Shown: positions 58,560 through 64,000 of the stretch, one piece after another
How the letters are laid out: every line of letters begins with the position of its first letter
How positions within the stretch are numbered: the first letter of the stretch is position 1
NCBI GenBank assembly: GCA_038893355.1
Contig: JAWARQ010000005.1
Coordinates: forward strand, 96,001 to 160,000
Length of the DNA: 64,000 bases
Direction of reading: 5' to 3'
Source of the DNA: Sulfolobaceae archaeon
Lineage (GTDB): Archaea > Thermoproteota > Thermoprotei_A > Sulfolobales > Sulfolobaceae
Program-made: the position numbers and the translations under genes
The notes under the pieces: generated by a model
What the model was told of the DNA's origin: nothing
What the model saw: only the letters and a program-made list of their open reading frames with translations
The model's database searches: none

Positions 58560-60302
58560 ATGTTCGAAGAAATTGTAGGAAGATTAAGGGAAATTAAGAA
58601 CATAACTAGACAAATGGTAGATGGTAAAGGTTATACGACAACAAAACTATTCATAGCAGAAGTACCATATGTTAAATATATTAATATAAATTTAGGAAAA
58701 TTAAGTATAATTAATACTATAAGAAACAATATATACTTACTTACTGAAGTAATAGATGTTGTTCCATCTCATAGACTCTATATGGAGATTAACGATATTA
58801 AAGACAGAAAAGAAAGAGAAGAAAAATTAAAAGTGATAGAAAATAGTTTTTACCAATCAAATTCAGATGATGTGTGGCTAGATGTTTATTTAGTACCTAC
58901 TAATTACTTATTAATAATTGAAAATAACTCTTTTAAGGTAAAAAAAGGATATGAAGCACCTATACTAGGCTCAGTAGTTAGATTTTTGAATGATGAGGCT
59001 TATGTTAATTTGATCGGGTCTAAAAATGGAGTACCCATAGGTAAAGTTCTTAATTCTAGGTACTACATACCGATAGATATAATTAAGGCTATAAGGTACC
59101 ATATTGGAATATTCGGGTTTACTGGTACAGGGAAGTCAAATTTGATTTCGATATTGACTAGGAAAATTCTTAACTATACTAATTCTATCAAAATAGTAAT
59201 ATTTGATGTTTCATTAGAGTACAGCATTTTACTTCTAGATCTATTAGTAAATCAAAACTCATTAGTACTCACAACTGATAAAATTCCAAGATCAAGTAAT
59301 GAGTTTGGTAAAAGATTTGTAAGAACACACGTTATACCAAATGAATTGCTAAGTAAGAAGGATACTATTAAATCATTAGCTGAAAAATTATATTCGAATA
59401 ATAAAATAAAGAGAATCGAAGTTCCAGTACTAGAAGAGAAATATATGACATATAATTCACTTATTAAGTTTATTAAAGAACAATTAGAAGAGAAATATCT
59501 TTCAACTTCATATAAACCCCTTCTTTACCTCTTTCTTAAGAAATTAGAAGAATTTATGATAAAAAAGAATCTTTCCGGTGAAGACATTGTAGATGATTCT
59601 ATAGCAGAATTATTAAACGAAATGGAATCTATAGCAAGAGAATTAAGAATAAGAGAAAATACATCCTTTCTTACCTTTATATCTACGTTAAAGGCTTATT
59701 CTTCACTAGCTATTTCAACTATTGAGGATGAAAATTTATTAGATATTGAAAACTTGGCAATACAAATACTAGAAGACGATCTAGAAAGTCCTAGAATAGT
59801 GATAATAGAAACTACGAGTGTTGATGATGCTAGAATAATTTCTTACAACTTATTAAATGAAATTTTTAGGAGAAGAAAAAAGAGTTATTCGACAGATCAA
59901 TTGCTCTTCATTTTTGATGAAGCTCAAGAATTTATACCTTATGATACCAGAGGCAAGGAAGGTAGTGAGTTATCGAGTATTGCAATAGAGAATTTACTTA
60001 GACATGGGAGAAAGTATTATATGAATGGTGTAATTGCAACGCAAAGGCTGGCATATCTAAATACTAACGTGCTTCAACAATTGCATACCTATTTCGTAGG
60101 AACTTTGCCTAGACCGTATGATAGGCAGTTAATTGCAGATACATTTGGTATTAATGAAAATATTATAGAAAGAACGTTGGGATTAGAAGCAGGTCAATGG
60201 TTATTACTTTCTTTTAAATCTGCATTACCACATGACATTCCGATATTTATAGAGGTAGAGAATAACATAGAGGAATTAAAAAATTATCTTGAGAAATTAT
60301 AA
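58560..60302 (+). CDS. HerA-family ATPase (soluble, with N-terminal barrel)
   Basis: GFTGTGKS, FD...EY, FDEAQ, GRKY, ATQR. Confidence 0.88.
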   Translation: MFEEIVGRLREIKNITRQMVDGKGYTTTKLFIAEVPYVKYININLGKLSIINTIRNNIYLLTEVIDVVPSHRLYMEINDIKDRKEREEKLKVIENSFYQSNSDDVWLDVYLVPTNYLLIIENNSFKVKKGYEAPILGSVVRFLNDEAYVNLIGSKNGVPIGKVLNSRYYIPIDIIKAIRYHIGIFGFTGTGKSNLISILTRKILNYTNSIKIVIFDVSLEYSILLLDLLVNQNSLVLTTDKIPRSSNEFGKRFVRTHVIPNELLSKKDTIKSLAEKLYSNNKIKRIEVPVLEEKYMTYNSLIKFIKEQLEEKYLSTSYKPLLYLFLKKLEEFMIKKNLSGEDIVDDSIAELLNEMESIARELRIRENTSFLTFISTLKAYSSLAISTIEDENLLDIENLAIQILEDDLESPRIVIIETTSVDDARIISYNLLNEIFRRRKKSYSTDQLLFIFDEAQEFIPYDTRGKEGSELSSIAIENLLRHGRKYYMNGVIATQRLAYLNTNVLQQLHTYFVGTLPRPYDRQLIADTFGINENIIERTLGLEAGQWLLLSFKSALPHDIPIFIEVENNIEELKNYLEKL

Positions 60303-60304
60303 AG

Positions 60305-60931
60305 ATGGATGTAAAAGAAATTTTAGCACAGCAATTAATGAGTAGAGAACTTATAAATGCATTCTTAAAAGTAAATAGAGAAGACTTCTTGCCAGATAGA
60401 TTGAAAAGGTATGCCTACCATCCAGATTATATAGATTTACCATTACAGATTACTGAAAAATATACTACAACTGCACTCACGCTGGGTCTAAAAATGTTAG
60501 ACCTATTAGAGCTTAAAAGTGGTCTAAAAGTTCTAGAGATTGGAACAGGGACTGGATATTATACTGCATTAATCGCTGAGGTCGTAGGAGAAGAAAATGT
60601 TATAACAATAGAAAAAGATCCAGAAATGTATGAAATTGCTAAGAGAAATTTAAAAAAATATAATATTAAATTAATATTTGGAGATGGTAGTATAGGTTAT
60701 AAAAAGGAAGCACCTTATGATAGGGCAATAATATGGGCAGCCTTACCTACATTCCCTTGTAGTATATATGATCAATTAAATAATGGTGGTATTATTATTA
60801 CCCCAATAGAGGAAAAACGTGGTAGACAAGGATTGTATAAAATAATTAAAAATGATATACCACATGTAATTAGACTCTATGATGTAATCTTCACTAGAAT
60901 AGAGGGTATTTGTGGATTTTATGGAGACTAG
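60305..60931 (+). CDS. pcm: Protein-L-isoaspartate O-methyltransferase
   Basis: V.REDF, LEIGTGTGY, GDGSIG..APYD. Confidence 0.92.
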   Translation: MDVKEILAQQLMSRELINAFLKVNREDFLPDRLKRYAYHPDYIDLPLQITEKYTTTALTLGLKMLDLLELKSGLKVLEIGTGTGYYTALIAEVVGEENVITIEKDPEMYEIAKRNLKKYNIKLIFGDGSIGYKKEAPYDRAIIWAALPTFPCSIYDQLNNGGIIITPIEEKRGRQGLYKIIKNDIPHVIRLYDVIFTRIEGICGFYGD

Positions 60932-60937
60932 ATCAGA

Positions 60938-62716
60938 CTAAGTAAGATATTTTCTAAACCACTCTAACTTCCTCAAGAGTCTATCTTTCATATTATCTGG
61001 TCTACCTCTTCTTGCATGCTCATGACCGTCTCCTTGATATCTAATAAGCTCCGTATCAACACCATTCATTTTTAATGCTACAAAAAATTGTTCTGCCTGT
61101 TCTATCGGGCATCTATAGTCTTCCTCACCATGAATTAGTAGGCATGGTGTTTTAACGTTCTTAACATAATAGATTGGAGACATCTTAAGTAATTTTTCTA
61201 TTCCTTCTCTAGACCATGGATCTTTTACATCCGCCTCAATTGCATTAAACCAAAATCCAATATCACTAGTACCACACATACTTACTAAATTAGAAATACT
61301 ACGCTCTGAAACTGCACATTTAAATCTACTAGTTTTCGTTATTATCCAGTTTGTCATATACCCGCCATAAGAACCACCAGTTACTCCTATTGAATCTTTT
61401 AAATTCTTTTTAGACATTACATAATCTAAAAACTTGATTATATCTTCATAATCAATCTCACCCCACTTTCCGATTACGGCTTTTGCAAAATCTTCACCAT
61501 ATCCTTGACTGCCTCTAGGATTACAATAGATAACATTAAAACCGTTAGATACAAAAAACTGAAATTCTATACTATATGCATAACCATATGCCATATGAGG
61601 CCCACCATGAATGAACAAAATTGTGGGCGAATTAGGATCAACAAATATACCCCACCCTTCGATTCCATCAACTTCAAAATGTTCTGGCTCTTTACCTATT
61701 ACATTAGGATTTGGATCGTATATATTACCCTTAAAGTTCAGTATTGACGGTTTAACTGGTGTAGTATAAAAATACGAGATTGTCTCGTTCTTAACGTGAA
61801 ATCCTCTAACAGAAATTCCTTCCATAGTTAATCGTGTAGGCTTTCCCTCTAAATCTATTTTATACAAAATAGATGAGCCTTTAAATTGACCTATAGTATA
61901 AATAAAATCACCTTCCCATATTATTCTATCAGAAGCACCATCAAATAAATCTGATAATACTTTATTTCCACATGTATTTTCACATGAAAAAATTTTATCA
62001 GCCTCTGGTAGTATTACCTCTAAATTAGCCCATGGTGCTAATCCTTTCCTATGACCTAAATATGCTATTTCCCCATCCCTAGACATGGTTAAAGCAACTG
62101 CTATTCCTTCACCTTTAGTTACCCTTCTTAACTCTCCGTTATCTAAATTGACCTCAAAAACATCTGAAAGGCCATAGTCATCGTTAGTAATACTTGCAAT
62201 AATTGCAACTCTTTTAGAATTTGATGCCACATCAATCACATCAAAATTACCGCTAGTTATCCTTCTTATTCCCCTTTCAGTTACTAGGTAAAGATGTTGC
62301 CTAGACCTTAGAAGTCCTCTTCCATCAAATCTATATTTCAATTTATTAGCAATGAAAGGGGCTTTTTCATCATAAGGTTCCTCAGCGATTACTAATAAAT
62401 CTCCTTTGTAGTACTCAATCTTCTTTATCTTCTTAAAACTTGCTATTATTCGGGACTCGGAAAATCCTTCAATTACTACAATCTCTTCTTTATCCTTATC
62501 TGATACTATATAGTATAGCTTGTCGTCAACATATAATGGACTCCTTTCCTTACCTTTAAAAGTTAATCTATTAACGAATTTACCATCAAAGTAAAATATA
62601 GAACTCTTATACTCATTGTTTTCAATCCATGTTAATGTAAATAACAATCTATTATCATCCTTTATATGCACATCAGAAATTAGTTTTATCGCATAAGCTT
62701 CTTCTGGTGTTCTCAT
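60938..62716 (-). CDS. S9-family acylaminoacyl peptidase
   Basis: Beta-propeller plus HGGPH, GGSYGG, HGEEDYRC and GHEH (Ser-Asp-His triad). Confidence 0.93.
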   Translation of the reverse strand: MRTPEEAYAIKLISDVHIKDDNRLLFTLTWIENNEYKSSIFYFDGKFVNRLTFKGKERSPLYVDDKLYYIVSDKDKEEIVVIEGFSESRIIASFKKIKKIEYYKGDLLVIAEEPYDEKAPFIANKLKYRFDGRGLLRSRQHLYLVTERGIRRITSGNFDVIDVASNSKRVAIIASITNDDYGLSDVFEVNLDNGELRRVTKGEGIAVALTMSRDGEIAYLGHRKGLAPWANLEVILPEADKIFSCENTCGNKVLSDLFDGASDRIIWEGDFIYTIGQFKGSSILYKIDLEGKPTRLTMEGISVRGFHVKNETISYFYTTPVKPSILNFKGNIYDPNPNVIGKEPEHFEVDGIEGWGIFVDPNSPTILFIHGGPHMAYGYAYSIEFQFFVSNGFNVIYCNPRGSQGYGEDFAKAVIGKWGEIDYEDIIKFLDYVMSKKNLKDSIGVTGGSYGGYMTNWIITKTSRFKCAVSERSISNLVSMCGTSDIGFWFNAIEADVKDPWSREGIEKLLKMSPIYYVKNVKTPCLLIHGEEDYRCPIEQAEQFFVALKMNGVDTELIRYQGDGHEHARRGRPDNMKDRLLRKLEWFRKYLT

Positions 62717-62753
62717 AGAAACTTAATATATTCTTTAAAAACAAAAATTTTTA

Positions 62754-62811
62754 GTATGATGAGCGATGGGCGGATAGATAGTTTGATGAAGAAGATTTTC
62801 TCGTACTGATG
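62754..62811 (+). ncRNA. Box C/D guide sRNA
   Basis: ATGATGA (C), GCGATGGGCGGA, TAGA (D'), TTGATGA (C'), AGAAGATTTTCTCGTA, CTGA (D). Confidence 0.8.
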
Positions 62812-62903
62812 AGATATCTCTAGATCGTGAGATAATAATATTAGGAAAAATTGAGCAAATTCTCTTTAATCTATAATTTTATTTTATTATTATATTAATA
62901 TAA

Positions 62904-63035
62904 TGGGCCCGCGGGGATTCGAACCCCGGACCACCGGGTCTCTCCTTTCCAGATTTTATTCATCCCCTAAACAGGGTCAAAAGACCCGGTCTATTATCTG
63001 GAGCCCGGCACTCTACCTGGCTGAGCTACGGGCCC
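62904..63035 (-). tRNA. tRNA-Trp(CCA) with 58-nt intron (62940-62997)
   Basis: GGGCCCG/CGGGCCC acceptor, arm CCGGG-CTCCAG|A-CCCGG, central splice helix CTCC/GGAG. Confidence 0.95.
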
Positions 63036-63115
63036 ATTATCGATCATCTAGTATTACTAATTACTTTTTTCCTCGATTTTATTAATAAGCTTTACCTTAT
63101 GAATTATGTACTGCA

Positions 63116-63967
63116 ATGATATCTACAATTAACTTAACAAAGATATATAGCAATGGAGTATATGCATTAATTGATTTAACTGTAGATATTAAGTCTAAAA
63201 GGGTAGCAGTATTAGGTAGAAATGGTGCAGGAAAGACTACACTCATAAGAATTCTTTCTACTCAACTAAAACCTACTAGAGGCACTGCACTTATTTTTGG
63301 GTACGATATTATTAAGGATAAAGACAAGGTAAGAAAGCTTATTGCTAGTATCCCACAAGAAGCAAGACCTGTTATGATAGCTAGTCCCTACGAACATGTA
63401 TTCATGTATTTAACTGCTAGAGGATATTCTCTTCATGAAGCTAAAGAATTAACGAGAAAGGCACTAAAAGAAATAGGATTATGGGAATATAGAGATCATC
63501 CTACTGAAGATTTGTCAGGGGGTATGAAAAGAAAAGTATTTCTTGCAATGGCTATTGCATCAAATGCTGAACTTATATTCCTCGATGAACCAACAACCGG
63601 TCTTGACCCAGTATCGAGGTTAGAAACATGGTATATTATAAAGAATTTAAGCAGTAAAATTATCTTAACAACTCATTATATAGATGAAGCAGAATCTTTA
63701 AGTGAAGAGGTTATAATACTCCATAAAGGTAGATTAGTAGAGAAGGGTAATGTAAAAGATTTATTAAAAAAGTTTGATGGAAAAGTAAGAATAGAAGGAT
63801 TCGGTAATATTAGAATTGGGAATACAAGAATTAGTTATGTAAATAAGGAGGAAGCTAAAAAGTATATAGAACTGGGTGCTACAATTAAACCTATTACATT
63901 AGAGGATATACTTATTATGCATGGTGTTACTGATGATGAAAATAGATACTCTTCAGAGGAGTATTAG
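63116..63967 (+). CDS. ABC-2 type exporter ATP-binding subunit
   Basis: GRNGAGKT, LSGG, LDEPTTGLD, TTH. Confidence 0.93.
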   Translation: MISTINLTKIYSNGVYALIDLTVDIKSKRVAVLGRNGAGKTTLIRILSTQLKPTRGTALIFGYDIIKDKDKVRKLIASIPQEARPVMIASPYEHVFMYLTARGYSLHEAKELTRKALKEIGLWEYRDHPTEDLSGGMKRKVFLAMAIASNAELIFLDEPTTGLDPVSRLETWYIIKNLSSKIILTTHYIDEAESLSEEVIILHKGRLVEKGNVKDLLKKFDGKVRIEGFGNIRIGNTRISYVNKEEAKKYIELGATIKPITLEDILIMHGVTDDENRYSSEEY

Positions 63968-64000
63968 GTTTATATTCGCATTTTCTATATTTTATGGATA
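63933..64000 (+). CDS. Probable ABC-2 permease, 5' fragment
   Basis: MMKIDTLQRSIRFIFAFSIFYG..., overlaps the ATPase 3' end and runs off the window. Confidence 0.55.
   Translation, partial: MMKIDTLQRSIRFIFAFSIFYG

Noticed and set aside
62812-62903. Possible third copy of the tRNA-linked element downstream of tRNA-Trp
   Set aside because: Only a T-tract and a 9-nt match (CTCACGATC); no collinear blocks.

Overview
Core-genome segment of a low-GC crenarchaeon of the order Sulfolobales. Markers are Rpo13, two PCNA paralogues, Sulfolobus-type TFB, reverse gyrase, split MetE and a long eS6. About 75 tightly packed CDSs cover replication and repair (fen, lhr, pcn, rgy, two HerA-like ATPases), two CDC48 ATPases, translation and transcription factors, KEOPS, and riboflavin, cobalamin, thiamine and methionine biosynthesis. 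There are four tRNAs (Cys and Trp with introns, Gly, Gln) and four box C/D guide RNAs. No CRISPR array, provirus or intact transposase was seen. The most unusual signals are non-coding or at codon level: (1) a diverged ~240-nt element with a promoter-like motif and long-range self-complementarity, found just 3' of both tRNA-Gly and tRNA-Gln; (2) three genes that appear to start at AUA in a shared GGTGA-N6/7-ATA(G/A) stop-overlap layout, plus a probable AUU/CUG start for truD; (3) mosaic gene conversion confined to the D2 domains of the two cdc48 paralogues; (4) an exact 20-nt copy of the aIF1 start region forming a possible uORF; (5) tRNA-Cys with C33; (6) two apparently inactive enzyme homologues. 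All alignments and RNA target assignments were made by eye and need computational confirmation.
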